A stretch of 64,000 nucleotides of DNA from Amphiscolops sp. MND2022 (taxonomy: Eukaryota), in the NCBI GenBank assembly GCA_964187785.1, contig OZ076413.1, positions 49,044,001 through 49,108,000 on the forward strand. The letters are read 5' to 3'. Below, piece by piece: positions 1-13,505 of this stretch. The translations under genes were made by a program, and so were the position numbers. The stretch's first letter is position 1; every line of letters starts with the position of its first letter. The notes beneath the pieces were generated by a model. That model saw only the letters and a program-made list of their open reading frames with translations, did not search any database and was not told where the DNA came from.

Positions 1-258
1 TGGTTAACATGTCATTTTTTAATGCTCGCAGTGTCAAAATGTGGTCAATGCCGAATGTCGTATGTCAAGATAGTCGATTCTCTGCTCATTTTTCGAATAG
101 TGTCTTGTCTAAAGACCTGTCCTTGAAGTTTTTCTGCAGAAATTTTTCAATCCATGGGTTTTTCGGGGTTTTTTGCAGTTTGGTTGCGAAAGTGAAGGAA
201 CATAGATTTTTCACGGTTTTCAAGGGTAAATTCGGTTGGTTGGTAGTGTCGGTTAATG

Positions 259-3200
259 TTAATCTACGGGTGTCTGGTATGGGAAGGTTGGTCCGTCATA
301 GGGTGCTCTGTGAGGAAGTACACAAACGGTTATCGTCAAATTCGTGTGTTGGAAGACTTCTATCAAGAGGTTGCGTACTTGTTGCCATAGGAGTTTGTCT
401 CTTCCACATCCAAGTGTCACTTCACTAAAAAGTTCTGAGACAAATTGTGTTCCAAGGTCCGATTTTATTTCTTTTGGTATATAGCTGTGATTGAACATAA
501 TTGAGGCCAATGCTGCAGCTACTGATGGCGCACTTATTGTGGTCAAAGGTACAGCAAAAAGGTCTTTGGAAAAGACATCAATTGCTGTGAGCACATATTT
601 TTACGCAGATGAGGGAAATGCTCCTTGAATATCGATCTGCATTATGTCTCCGGGGAAGGATGTTTTTGAAGATAGTTCGCTTAGCGGAGGTTCGAGTCGA
701 GATGGTTGGACAAGTTTGAGTTGTAAACAGGTTGAGCAGTTTCTGATGTAGCTTGCAATTTGTTCTAGGTAATTCGGGCAGTAAAAGCGCCTACGAAACT
801 CGGCGATTGTTCTTGTTATTCCCAAATGTCCTCCTGTGAGTGAATTATGTATTCTATAGAGGATTTCTTTTAGCATGTGTTTGGGTACACATACTTGTTT
901 ATGAAGGATAGTACCATCATGGTCGTAATAGTTCCGTTTAAGGATTCCATTGTCTATGGTTAATCGCGGGAGTTGTTTCCGATATTTCTGTTCTTCTGCT
1001 GATGAATAAATATTATGTGGTGGTTCTGTACCTTCTGTAAGCCAGGTTGTCACCTTCGAGAGTAAGGCGTCATTTTGTTGTTCCCTTTCTAGAAATGCCA
1101 CCGATGTCTCAAGTTCTGGATAATTGTCCATCGGGTTATGTAATTGTAGTGCGTTGATCGGGAGTACTGGTTTGTATCTGGTCAATTGGATTTCTTCATT
1201 TTGGGTTGCCAGGGCTTTTAGGTGTTGTGAGGCATTCTCAAAGTTTCCAGATTGTTTCAATGTTATTAATGTGTTCATATCAACCACTTGAAGTAGGTCA
1301 TCGGGGAATTCATCAGAGAAAAGTTCATTAATTGTATTGTCTGGTAATTTAGCTCGAATATAAATCTCTATTTCGCGTACCGGAATACGGTCTGTAAGTT
1401 TTATTGCTACTGTTTCGTTTGGGTTTGTTTGCAGGCGAGATAAAAAATTCGCTGCTGCGTTTGCTTTTCCGGGAATATGAGCGACTACTATGTTGAATGT
1501 GGTTACTCTGTCGACATAGTTCCAAAGTGCTGGAGGAATTGTCTTTGCTTGAAAGAAGCGTGTGAGGCTCTTGTTATCTGTCAGTATCAGTACAGGTTTT
1601 TCGTTACCCCATATGAAGTGTGAGAAGGTTTCTAGGGCAAAATATAGTGACAGGAATTCTTTGCAGTAGATTGACATTTTCAACTGAGCTGTGTTGAAGA
1701 CTTTCGATCGAAATGAGACTGGTGCGTATGACTTTACATCTTCACCTTTCTCATTTTTGACATAGTCTTCAATCATGAGTACGAATCCACTCAAATGGTA
1801 ACTTGCGTCACACAAAATTACATATTGTAGTCCTGGTTTTGCCAGTCGTAGTGTTTGCGTTGCAGTTGGTTTGAGTTCCTCCTTCAAGGTTTCAAACGAA
1901 TCCAGTAGTTCTTCTGTCACTTCAAAAGCCACATTTTTCCGCAGTAGTTTATAGAATGGTATGAGATGCTCATTCAAGTTTGGGATGAAGTTTCTGAAAA
2001 ACTGAAGGAAACCTATCAGTCTTTCTACTTGTTTAACAGATTTTGGTATCTTCAGTGTTTTCAAGAATTTCTCTGTTTTTTCTTTTTCTGGTTTTAGGCC
2101 TTCTTTGGTGATCACGTTTCCAAGAAAACTAACTTGTTTAGAACCAAATACACACTTTTCTGGGGATAATTTGAGTCCTGAGCGTCTGAGACATTAGAAT
2201 ATTTGTCTGAGGTATGGTAGGAGTTGTTCCGGTGATTCGACTCCACATCCGATGTCGTCCATGAATTGTGTACACACATTTGCTGGGAGGCATGGTTCCA
2301 AATAGTTTCTCACCGGTTACAGATCGGTTCAATCCTCTCGCTAATCGCTGATAGGCTAGGGTTCGTGAAGCAAAGTTGAATGCCAATAGTTGTACCGAGA
2401 GTGGGTCTGCCATTTGTACACAATGGTAGGCCTGAGAGCAATCAAGTTTACAAAACAGTTTCTTTCCGGCAAAATGAGCAGTTTTGTTTGCCATTGTTGA
2501 GATTGGAAAGTTATTGTTGTGAGAATCATGAAGGAGTAAATGGTTGATACGGCGTAGGTCTACTAGGATTCGAAGTTCTCCATTAGTTTTACGGTGTGCG
2601 AAAATTGGACTGCAATATTTTGAATGGTTGAGGCTGGTGATAACTCCAAAATATTGTAAAAGTGCAAGTTCAACCTGTAGTTCCTCTCGTAAGTGTATTG
2701 GTGTCGGTGGGCTTTGCGTGTAGACAGGTTTATCATGTTCAGGAGTCAATTTCATTGTTATTTCCGAAATATAACCGACGTCAAATCTATGTTTGGCAAA
2801 TATATCCGAGAATTCAATCAGTAGCTCTTCTAGTTGTTGTTTTTGATGTCGATTCAGTACTGAGTCTTTCCATTGGAATCTTTGGAGGAATGTTTCACGG
2901 TAGTTAGCATCCTTTTGTGGGTCTATTTTATCTAACTCTTGGAGCTTCAATAGATCCTCATAAATCCTTTTTTCCACTCCTTGGAGTTTTTCCGGATTTC
3001 GACAAGTTTCAGGGGTCTGGAACCAAAATATTTTGTAGTCTGGTTGAGGTCTAGGAGGTTGCGATTCTGAGTTAAAAGTCTGATCTATTACCAATTGGTT
3101 TATTTCAGTGACGAAATCATCTGGGTTTTTGAATTTTGCTAAAGTCAGTAATTGAGGGTCAATTGGTGTTAAGGTTTCGGCTTGTTGGGGTGAGAGAAAT

Positions 3201-4063
3201 TTAAAGAGAGCTATATCTGAATTTCGAGGTATCGTGACTTCATTTTCTTGAAGGTTCAATGCAGAAATGAATAGGTGACCTGAAGAGTCAACTTTCGAAA
3301 GGGATGAGGTTATGCACAAACCCGTTTTTTCCTCGAAACTAGTTTTCGGTTCGACTATCCCGCAAAGCTCCGATAATTTATTCTTTGAGAGTAACACGCA
3401 TTTTAAAATCGTTTGTTGGTTCGGGGCAATCGTTGTTTTCTCGACCGTTCTAATTGAGTACTGGGCGTTTGTAGTTTTCTCAAGTTTGTCCATTTCATTC
3501 AATTGTAGTGTCAGGTCTGGAAGTTTCATCAAGTTTTCTTTTGGGTATAGTTCTACGGAGTTATTTTTGAAAAAAAGGTTTCCCAAAATAATACTGTTTG
3601 TATTGGGCAGGACAAGGAATGTTTCCTTGAAGGAATGATTGGCAATGAAAAATTGGAGTTCTATTTGGCCACGCACAGGTATAAGTTGTCCGGAAGCTAA
3701 TTTCACTTTACTGACCTGTTTTGGTGTAGTGAGTTGCGAGATGTTTCCACAAGAAGATTTGAAGTCTTCATAGTCATGTTCACTGATGGCATTTGCACAG
3801 GCTCCAGTGTCAATTAGAGTTTTTCTCGTTTCTTTAGAGGAAAATTTTAATGGTACATTGGATAGAATATCACCCTCAAGGGATATGCATGCAGTAATTT
3901 GGTGGTCCTCACTTTGTGTCGTTTCTTCCGTTTTGTCTTCATACTGGCGTGGCTCTACTCGTTTTTTGGTGCTGTTTGATTTGGAATTTGCTGGTTTCTC
4001 TGTGCTGGTTGACGTTGAATACAATCTTTGGCGTAGTGGTTTGGGTATCCACAGTTGTAACAT
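259..4063 (-). pseudogene. pol: Gypsy pol (PR-RT-RH-IN) split over ORFs 2138-4063, 601-2115 and 259-594
   Basis: LIDTGA protease; LRILVDLRRIN and KLDCSQAYH RT; ILCDAS and LTDNKSL RNase H; HH-CC zinc motif (IHNSLTGGHLG..CSTC); IKSDLGTQF integrase. Confidence 0.92.
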
Positions 4064-4626
4064 ACATTTTTCGAGTAACTGGTCCCTTCAATATGTCCAT
4101 CATTAGATGACTGTTGTAGCTGTGGGTTGTTGTTACCATAGTTGTTTTGGTAACCTCTGTTATTGTTGTAGTTGCCATAGTACCCTCTGTTGTTGTTATA
4201 TCTACCTCTTCCTCTGTTGTTTCCTCGATTGATGTTTCCTCTTCCTCTATATCCTCTCGAGTTATTGTATCTGTTGTTACCTCTGTAGTTAGAGTTTCTG
4301 TTCTGATTTTTGTCGTTGTTGTAATTCTGGTTACCCATGTTTTGTGAGCTGAATGTGTTGATTCTGTTTGACATTTCAGTTTGGTGTTGTTTGATTTCAT
4401 CCTGTTGTTGAGTTAATTTAGTCAATACACTAACCAAGTTTTCTGAGAGCGTTGTACTCACTTCGTTGAATGCGTTTCTGGACCAATCGTCACTCGGGCA
4501 CAACTCAAAGAACACCATTTGCCTTCGAGCCACAGTGCACAAGTCTTGAACTGTTGCAGCTTCATTTTGATCCAAAAGTTTTCTTTTAATGAAGTTTGGC
4601 ATTGAGTTTGTGAAGATTTCTTTCAT
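3955..4626 (-). CDS. gag: Gypsy Gag C-terminal part with N/R/G-rich region and zinc knuckle
   Basis: CYNCGYPNHYAKDC (CX2CX4HX4C) directly upstream of pol. Confidence 0.88.
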   Translation of the reverse strand: MKEIFTNSMPNFIKRKLLDQNEAATVQDLCTVARRQMVFFELCPSDDWSRNAFNEVSTTLSENLVSVLTKLTQQQDEIKQHQTEMSNRINTFSSQNMGNQNYNNDKNQNRNSNYRGNNRYNNSRGYRGRGNINRGNNRGRGRYNNNRGYYGNYNNNRGYQNNYGNNNPQLQQSSNDGHIEGTSYSKNVCYNCGYPNHYAKDCIQRQPAQRNQQIPNQTAPKNE

Positions 4627-4728
4627 CCTTCTGTTTTGTATGGTTGTTTGGATTGGGATGTTGTGAAAATTCTTGATGGGAAAAAAACGAGCGAGCTCAG
4701 CTAGGCCAAAATTTTACGATGTAAAAGA

Positions 4729-4960
4729 TGTTGAGAATTTCTTTCCAAATTGAAACCGGAAACTGAAATAGAACTTTTTCAAACTTTTTACGCTTCGATT
4801 GAAAGACGTTGAACTGAAGAACCGAAACTGTTATTGAGCTTTCCGTTGTGTTGTTATTTCGAATTGAATAAAGACTACTGTTATTGAAAGTTTATTTTAC
4901 CGAAAGAATTGAAATTATCAAACAGGATAATCTTTTTGATACGTTTGACGTTTCGAAACA
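4729..4960 (+). repeat. BEL/Pao 5' LTR
   Basis: TGTTGAGAATTTCTTTCC...GACGTTTCGAAACA aligns by eye to 13073-13310 and is followed by TGG. Confidence 0.85.
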
Positions 4961-5161
4961 TGGCGCTCTTGGTTTGAGAAAATTTGAAAAAAACCACCTC
5001 GAGTCTTTGAAATCGGGGAATCACTGAATTGAAGAGTTTAAAACGTGACAAGAACAGTGCCACGAAAAAAGAACAAGTGCAAAAAAGGAACAAAAAACAG
5101 AAAAACACTCCGGAAAATGAATAAATCAGTGAAATGAATTAAAAGTAAGCAACAGGGTCAC

Positions 5162-8100
5162 ATGAATGTGATTGAAACGTTGGTTAAAGATGCGGAGACG
5201 TTAATCCCGAAACGGAAGATTTTTCGCAGAAAAAATTTCGCGGTTGTGGGCAATGAAGAAAACACTTGGGGATTCGCGGTTCGTGATGGAAAATTTGATA
5301 GGGAATGGGACGAGGCGTTCGCCGAAGAGGAAGAAGTTAATGAATCAGCGGTGAGAGAAAACGTTGAAAAGTGTCAGGCGGCGTTAATGCTACTCGAGAA
5401 GCGCATTTGCGCCTTTGAGTTTTTTGAAGAAGACTTTGCCAAAGAGAAGGCTCTTGCATTACAAGTAGGAAGCAGAAAAAGCTAAGAAAATCCTAACGCC
5501 GAAGAAGTTGTTGATTTGAGTACAGGAAGAAGGGCGTTGAAGGAAACAAGATTGGACGAGGAATCAGGTTTCGATGCTGGTGTCGTACGGAATACGGACA
5601 CAAGAGCAACAACGGGTTCTGCATTGAGGCAAACTGTTGTTGCGCATACGTGGTCAGGAAGAACCGTGGGGTTCAACGTTGAGAACCTAACGTCTCCTTC
5701 GCGGTATCGTGAAGGCAATCCTGGGGCTGAAAGGGACGAGGTACCACCTTTTGGGTCGGGACAAGGGCAAAGCAGTGGCGACCAGTGGAGTAGCGCTGGT
5801 ATAGGTCGTTTCCAGACAAATACACAATGGGCTGAGCGCCAAGGGAGTATTTGGGACAACAGATCATTGCAAGAAAGCAGTAGATTTGAAACGGAAGAGA
5901 GTTTTCTTCCACACAACCTGTGGAGTCCAATGAATCAATTCCATGGTCCAGTTGGAGAAGGGCAGGGAGAGTTGAACTTTCTGCAACTTCGAGCAGCGGA
6001 GTTCGAACTGTTGGTGCTGTCGGAGAAGGATTAGGTGATGGTAATAAAGAAGCCGGCGGATTAGAAGATGGGAAAGAAACAGACAAAGAGTCCTTGACGA
6101 AAGCAAATTCCACACAACGCAGCGGTAAAACAGATGACGTTTTAAGCGCTATAAAAAATGTTGGACTTCCGAAGGTGGACTTGCCAAAGTTTGACGGTAA
6201 CGTAGCCGAATGGTTGAACTTTCAGGACTTTTTTGGGCACGCTGTACATGAAAACAAGTCTTTGTCCAAGATTGGCAAGTTCACTTACCTGAAATCTAGT
6301 TTATTGGAAAGAGCTGCGGAGACAATCTCGGGTCTTCCCATAACCAGTGCAAACTACGACAGTGCCTGGCAGCTGCTAGAGAAGCAGTTTGGAGATAAGC
6401 AACGGCTTATTTCAAACTTCATGGATCGGTTGGTGAAACTACCTGCTGTTGCAGAAGGAAAGGATGTCGGTAGGCTTCGGAGTTTTGTGGGACAAGTGGA
6501 CGTTATCATCAGAGGTCTGCAGTCTTTGTCAGTGGATCAAAGTACTTTTGGGTTTCTGTTAATTCCAATTCTGTTACGGAAGTTACCGGAGTACATAAAG
6601 TTACAGGTAACTAGATTCATTTCGTCGGAGATTTGGAATTTGAAGGAGCTGCTAGAGCTTCTTAACAAGGAAGTTGAGGCTAGGGAGAAGTGTGCCTTCT
6701 CGGTACAAAGAGCAGCAGTTGGCAATAGGCCAGTTCTAGATAGAGGTGATTCAAATGGTACAGCAGGTTCATTTGTGGCTAAACTGCAAGTTAAAGGAAG
6801 CGTCTTCTGCAATGGAAACCATACTAGTCATAAATGTTTGATGATTCAGACGCCGAAAGAACGGAAAAGGTATTTGGTAGAGAAAGGAAGATGCTTCAAG
6901 TGCCTCCAAGGAGGTCACTTGTCGAAAACGTGTCAGGTTAAGGGTTGTTTAGGTGCGGCAAGGAACACCACCAGCGAATTGCTCCAGGACAGTACCGACA
7001 ACAGGAGCAAACGGAAAGATGTTTAACAGTAATCGGAATGCAGCAGGGGTTGGAAAGCAGCATCCGTGACAGCAGCAGAACTATAACCAAGGACAGAGCT
7101 CGCTGAACTCGTTTAATCCACCGGGTAATGTATCACAAGGCGATACGGGCCACAAATTGAATCGGGTTCATAACTATCAAAACAACAATAGTCCAGTGGG
7201 AGATGATAAACCTAGTCATGGCGAAGAAAGTTCTTCAGGAGGAAGCAAGACAGATTCAACGTCAGTGTCACTTTGTTTTTCTAGCGGACGTTTGGTATTG
7301 CTGGAAACGGCGGTCACAAGGATTTCAAACGGTTTAGGCGAAGGTTGCAAGGGAAGAATTCTTCTTGACAACTGTTCGCAGCAGTCTTACATCACAGAAG
7401 AGTTCGCCGCAAGATGTGGCTTAAAAGCCGTTGGTCAAAAGTCTCTTTCTTTGAACGCATTCAGGTCTGACAAAACAGAAAAAAGTCAACGATGGGTTTA
7501 CAGAGCGTGCATACAAACTCTTTGGGGAAATGTTTTCGTGAATTTAGTGGGGATGCACACCATATGTTCGCCTCTGCTGAACCCATGTAACATCCATGCA
7601 ATAAAGGGGCAGCATAAGTACTTGACCATTCTTCAGTTGGCTGAAGACTTCAGGGAGGACATTTCAGGTTCTTTGTCGGTCAACATCCTTATCGGTCAGA
7701 CTTGTTCAACCAGTTTGTCACGTCAGATGTCATAGTGGGGGGCTTTGGTAAAAAAACTTAGTGCAGTGAGCAGCAAGTTCTGTTGGGTATTGTCTGGAAA
7801 TATAACATGCGGTGAAGGTAGCAGCGATAGTTCAGTTGGAACTTTTGTTTGCTCCGTTCGGGGAAAAGACACTTTGTCGGAAAAGGTTGAATCGTTTTGA
7901 GGACTTGAAAGTTTAGGTATAGGTGTCGGAGAAGATCCAATTCTTACGAATTTTGAGGATTCGGTGAAGTACAATGGAGAACGGTACGTGGCAAAACTCC
8001 CTTGGAACGACAACAAACAGTTCTTGCGGGACCGCAGGAGCTTGGCTGCAGCAAGGTTGGAGACAACAACCCGGAGTGCTATTAACAAAGGAAGGCTGAA

Positions 8101-11100
8101 AGAATACGATGAGGTCTTGAAGGATCAGGTAAAGGCGGGAATATTGGAAGAAGTTCCAGATAATGAGATAAGGTCAGAAAAGTTCTGTCATTATACCCCG
8201 CATCACGCGGTCATCAGGGAGGACAAATCGACCACCAAAATGAGAGTTGTTTTTGATAGTGCAGCCAGGTCGGCGAAGTTTGACTATTCAATAAACGTTT
8301 GTCTGTCAAAAGGACCGTATTTACTGGTTTCATTGTTCGAGATCCTCTTGCGGTTTCTGTTGTTCCAGGTTACAGTGTTAGCGGATATTGAAAAGGCGTT
8401 CCTACAAGTGTGCATTGATCAGGATGACATAGATTCTTTGAGGATTCTCTGGTACGATGATGCACTCCAGCCAACAAGAAATGTAAGAGTTTTTAGATAC
8501 TTGAGAGTGGTTTTTGGGTTTGTCTGTAGTCCATTCCTCTTGAATGCTACAATCAGGGTGCACTTGAAAAGATGGTTGGAGCAGGCAGTTACAGAGGATG
8601 ACCGCTGTGGTTTGAAAAGACTTCTGAAAAGATTTTATGTCGACGATTTGAAATTGCGTGTACTTCAGACGACGAAGCTGAAAAGTTGGTGTCCATATCT
8701 GTGAAAGTTATGAAGGGTGCAGAGATGAGCTTGCGAAAATGGGTAAACAACAGCTCAGGGGTTTACAACAGACTGGCTGAAGCGAAATTGTTGCAGGACT
8801 CGTTTGAGGACCAAGAGGAAGTTAAGGTGCTGGGGATAACTTATTCAGCAGATGATGACATGCTTATTATAGATTTTTCGAACTTTGTCGACAAATTGAA
8901 GGACGGCAAAAATCTCACCAAAAGGACAGTTTTGAGTGTTGTTTCCGGTGTTTACGATCCTTTTGGGTTAGTTTCACCAGTGGTTGTAGAACTAAAGATT
9001 TTGCTTCAGGAACTTTAGCGAAAAGCTTTTGGTTGGGACGATATTTTACCTGAAACACAAGCAAAAGTGTTCAAAGAAATTTTTCAGGAATAGCGACAAG
9101 AAAGGTTGACAATTCATAGGCAAGTCGTTCAGATGAAAAGCAGATACAAAATCAATTTGCATGTTTTCGCGGACGCTTCCCAGAAAGCATGCGCGGAGGC
9201 GTGTTACTGTCAGACAGAAACGAACGGTCAGACATCAGTGTTTCTGATTGCATCTAAAACCAAGGTGTGCGGAATGAAGGAGGTAGAAAAGATACCCAGA
9301 CTAGAGCTGGTGGCGGCTCTTTTGGCAGCAAGGCTAGGCAAGAGTATAGGAAACGCTATAGGCGCGTGGTGGGGGCGCCACATTGGTAGTCTGATACGGT
9401 AATAGTTCTTTCGTGGATCAGAAGTCATATGCCTCACACAAGCCAATTCGTTCAACGTAGGCTGAAGGAAATAAGGTTACTTTCGAACACAGAATTGTGC
9501 CATCGGATAGTAACCCAGCTGACATTCCTCCAAGAGGAATGCGGATAAAAGAGCTGTAGAACAGTCAACTGTGGTGGCAAGGTCCAGAGTTTTTAAGAAG
9601 AGGAAAAGAACAATGGCCTTTGGATAAGGCAGGGGAACAACTCAAGGTGACAGCAGTAGCAACAAACATCGAAACGGCAAGTGTTTTGAAGGTGGTAGAC
9701 TGCAGCCGGTATAGTAGGTAAGTAAACTGGTGAAGGTGGTAGAACAACTTCTCCGTTTAGCGGAACTTTCGAGAAAAATGAGGTTTAGGCAAGGATTTTG
9801 GGAGGCTCAAAAGAGAAAACTAGCGTCGCTACAACAGTTCAACTTTGCACAAGAGTTATCCCACTTGAGAACGTTTAAGGGGAAGGAGCTTTTAAGAATC
9901 AAGGAACTGAGTTTGTTCTTGTGTGGAGATGGGCTGATACGGTGCAACACAAGGCTTCATGAGGCAAAGTTCCTCTCATACGATGCGAAAAATTCAATAC
10001 TTTTACCGGCAAGTGATCACTTGTCTGATTTGATCATACAAAAGTATCACCATGTTCCTCACAAGAATCCACACAATTTCAAGATTCGAGGGAAACGAGA
10101 GAAATTTTGTTTTGGCGATTCTTCGCAGGTTACACACGGTATTAGTGCGAGAATCCAGAAAAATACTTCACTCCACTTTTCTCGAATTTTGAAGCGCATG
10201 TGTTATAATGCAGTTGAAGAATCCACATAAGACTACAACAGATTTGTTGCAGTCACTGTTTTTCCCCGATTGGCGTCGTAATGATGAATTAGTGATGCAT
10301 GGATCGGAGCGGTGCACGGTCGCTGCACTCATGGAACGGTTTTGGGTTATTCGGGCACGGCAGCAGGTTCGACGTGTTCTGCAATCATGACAATTTTGCA
10401 AGCGATATGCAAAAGTAGGATACAAGGTTCCTGACGAAGCGAATTTACCAGCGGAGAGGTTGTCTACTTCTCCGGCTCTTACGTACATTGGAATAGGCTT
10501 CGCAGGTCCTTTGTACCTCAAGTATTTCGATCCGGACGTCGGAAGCAACAAGGCGTACATTTGCTTGATCACGTGCGCATCATCCCGAGCAGTTCACCTT
10601 GAGGTGACGCAAACATGTCAGTACCAAGTTTCATGAGGTCTTTCGAAAGATTTGTAGCAAGGAGAGGTACTCCTACGGTGACCTTCTCAGACAACGGAAG
10701 AACATTCAAAGGAGCCAGTGAGGAGGTGAAAGAATTTGTGTCTTTCTTGTGTCAGAAGTTTGCACACCCAGGCGTGAAACGGAAATTTAGCGTGGAACTT
10801 GCTCCTTGGTGGGGAGGGTTCTGGGAACGCTTAGTCCGGTCAGTGAAGGAACCTCTTCGAAAAGTTTTGGGTCGGCAAGTCATTGGGTATGACGAGTTAG
10901 TCACGACGGTTACAGAAGTTGAGGCGGTTGTTAATTGCAGACCTCTGGGTTACTTGTACTTGGACAGTCCAGATTGTCTACCGCTTACTCCACCGAATTT
11001 GGTTAATGGGAGAGGACTATTGGGATCAGCAGTATCGATACCAGTTGAAGCGGCGCAGAATATTAACAGACGTCAACAGTTTTTAAAATCCTTGGTGGAC

Positions 11101-12185
11101 TATTTTTGGACAATTTGGACGTGGGATTATCTTAGAGTTACGCCAGCATCGTACTAATGCCAGCAACGGCAATTTGGACCCCAAAGTGAACGATATTGTT
11201 TTGCTACATGAACATTACAGTGCACAGGCAAGCTATTTTGCTGCTTTTCGTGGAATCCGGGACACGAAAATTGAGAAAAGTCGTGGAATCCGGGACAAAA
11301 TTTCCCTTTGACGTTGAGCGTGTCTTGGATTCCACGACAGTGCTTGTCCTGGATTCCACGCCAATACTGCTGCTTTAATGACGCTATTGCTGCTGCTCTC
11401 TGATTGGTCCGCTGATTTTGAGTAATCCTTTTTGGCAAGGCAAAAGAACTTTTAATTAAATTAATTCCATATCAAATGAAATTGTTTTGATTGACACGAA
11501 AAATCCCAAAGTACGAATAAAATACTCATAACTGGTACCAAATTTGCAGCATGTCATCAAATAATGGCAGATTGTGATGATCTGGCAGTTTGTTCAAAAC
11601 TGGACAACACTTCGAAAAATACGAAAATTTGTGTGACATTGGTGTGTTTGTCTGAATCATTTCGAGTTAATATACGAAAAGTAGTGCATATTATTATGTT
11701 TGTTCAGTCATCCACTTGAACTTAATTCAAGAAGAGATGCCGCGAATCGCGTCAAGCACAATGTCGTGGAATTCAGGTAATTTATGATTTCTGCAATCTG
11801 ATTGGTTCATTTTGCAAAACTTACGTTTTTGTGGAATCCGGGACACAGCTGCATGCCGACAGTGCGCACAGCTAAGCATTTGTTACTGGAATCCAAGACG
11901 AAATCCGTGGAATCCGGGACATATGACGTAATTTGCCAATTTTGCACGGTTAAAGGTAATGTCGTGGAATCCGAGGTATTGAAAGCACCGTGTTGCGCTT
12001 TGAGCAAATTAAGCTTGTCTATGCACTCTAATGAAAAACGACCTCGACATTGCTGGCGAATTGGAAAAATTTCTAATTTGTTATTTGAGCGTGATGGTCA
12101 AGCCTGAGCTGCAGAAGTGGTCTCTGCTGGAAAGACTTTTCGCAGACCGGTTCAATTGATTTCACCTCTCGAAGTTTATAAATGA
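5162..12185 (+). pseudogene. BEL/Pao gag-pol polyprotein, fragmented
   Basis: DUF1759-type Gag (LPKFDGNVAEWLNF), Cys/His cluster, protease ILLDNCSQQSY, RT (ADIEKAF, YVDD), RNase H (HVFADAS), integrase (SDNG, APWWGGFWERLVRSVK), C-terminal RPRHCWRIG..RRPVQLISPLE. Confidence 0.92.
11218..12028. mobile_element. Tc1/mariner-type MITE inserted in the BEL integrase tail
   Basis: Imperfect 17-bp TIRs (CAGTGCACAGGCAAGCT / AGCTTGTCTATGCACTC) flanked by TA; internal GTGGAATCCGGGAC repeats; BEL coding sequence resumes after it. Confidence 0.85.
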
Positions 12186-12215
12186 AAAAATTAGGATTGA
12201 ATCTATTTCATTTCC

Positions 12216-12966
12216 GGGTACAAGCCATATTGCTTAATTCCATATTGCTTAATGCCATATTGCTTAATTTTGTGGACATATTGCTTAATAATTTTTAAGC
12301 AATATGGATAATGCCATATTGCTTAATTTTGTGGACATATTGCTTAATAATTTTAAGCAATATGGATGTGTTTTCACATTGAGTAATGAGTGAATAATCG
12401 AGTAATGCGTCGGATCTAAGTGACACTTATAACACGTGCCTCGGATATGTCCCCATTTCCTCTAGTGGCCCGCGGCCCCTTGGGGCCGCTTATATTCCCA
12501 CCTTGCTAAGCGAGGTCGAACAGGAGCAAAGACCTAGCGGGAACGGAGATCGCGAAGCGATCGTAGTGGGAGCTGGTCTTTGCGACGGTGAGGGGGAGCG
12601 TGCATACATCGCATATGCCCCACATTATATTTTCGCTTTCAGAACACATATTAGATCATAAAGGCGTTAGACCTAAGTATTTTAGATAAAATTAGATCTG
12701 AAAGTTAGACCTACCGTTAAATCTAATTCCATACGACACATATCATACTCAGAACACATATTAGATCATAAGACCTATTAGATCATATTAGACCTAAGGT
12801 CCATATTGTACTGTACAAGGTCCATATTGCTTAAAATGATGTCCATATTGCTTAAAATGATGTCCATTTTGCTTAAAATGATGTCCATATTGCCTAAAAA
12901 ATTTTAAGCAATTCGTACATGGTCGATTTTTAAGCAATATGGCATTAAGCAATATGACTTGAAGCC
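12216..12966. mobile_element. Mutator/foldback-type non-autonomous element
   Basis: 9-bp TSD TTCATTTCC (12207-12215, 12967-12975); inverted arms built of CCATATTGCTTAA repeats. Confidence 0.88.
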
Positions 12967-13072
12967 TTCATTTCCATCTGTCTCAAACGTGAAATCAATT
13001 GTGGTACGGTACATTTTGATCTCTACTTTCGAAACACCCCTCTCATTGCATCTCATTGCGTCGTCGAGAGGA

Positions 13073-13310
13073 TGTGGAGAATTTCTTTCCTAAACGGAAC
13101 CGGATACTGAAATAGAACTTGTTCAAACTTTTCACGCTTCGATTGAAAGACGTTGAACTGAAACTGTTATTGAGCTTTCCTTTGTGTTGTTATTTCGAAT
13201 TGACTAAAGACTACTGTTATTGAAAGTTTCTGTTTTTGAAAGTTTGTTACCGAAAGAATTGATATTATCAAACAGGATAATCTTTTCGATACGTTCGACG
13301 TTTCGATACA
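13073..13310 (+). repeat. BEL/Pao 3' LTR
   Basis: TGTGGAGAATTTCTTTCC...GACGTTTCGATACA, homologous to 4729-4960. Confidence 0.85.
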
Positions 13311-13314
13311 AAGA

Positions 13315-13505
13315 TTGAAAAAACATGAGGATGACGAAGAGAACCAAACTCCGGTAATAGTAGAGAGTGATTTCGCTGAAGCAATTCTGCAAAAGAGGCA
13401 GAAAAAGGAGGATGAATCGAAATACCTCAACTGTTGCTTCTTGTTTCCGACATCCAATATTTGGAGAGGTTTTTTAGTGCTGCAGGCTATGCTCTGAATG
13501 ATTTG
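13315..13505 (+). pseudogene. hAT-like transposase C-terminal remnant; its upstream part is probably 4660-4728
   Basis: SDFAEAIL..YLNCCFLFPTSNI then, after a frameshift, ERFFSAAG; resembles the hAT dimerisation motif. Repeated in each tandem unit. Confidence 0.6.

Larger units (their letters stand above)
1..4659 (-). mobile_element. Degenerate Ty3/Gypsy LTR retrotransposon internal region (gag-pol); 5' end truncated, 3' part runs off the window
   Basis: Domain order on - strand is Gag CCHC, protease, RT, RNase H, integrase. Several frameshifts and stops. No LTR seen in window. Confidence 0.92.
4729..13310 (+). mobile_element. Degenerate BEL/Pao LTR retrotransposon
   Basis: Diverged TG...CA LTRs at 4729-4960 and 13073-13310, PBS-like TGGCGC at 4961, purine run before the 3' LTR, AAGA on both flanks, BEL-type coding domains. 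Confidence 0.92.

Noticed and set aside
3939..4400. 153-aa Thr-rich mucin-like ORF
   Set aside because: Alternative frame of the low-complexity gag region.
12216..12966. Short iterated repeats as a CRISPR array (also 14466-14606 and 42181-42740)
   Set aside because: Irregular spacing, inverted arms or degenerate units, eukaryotic context and no cas genes.
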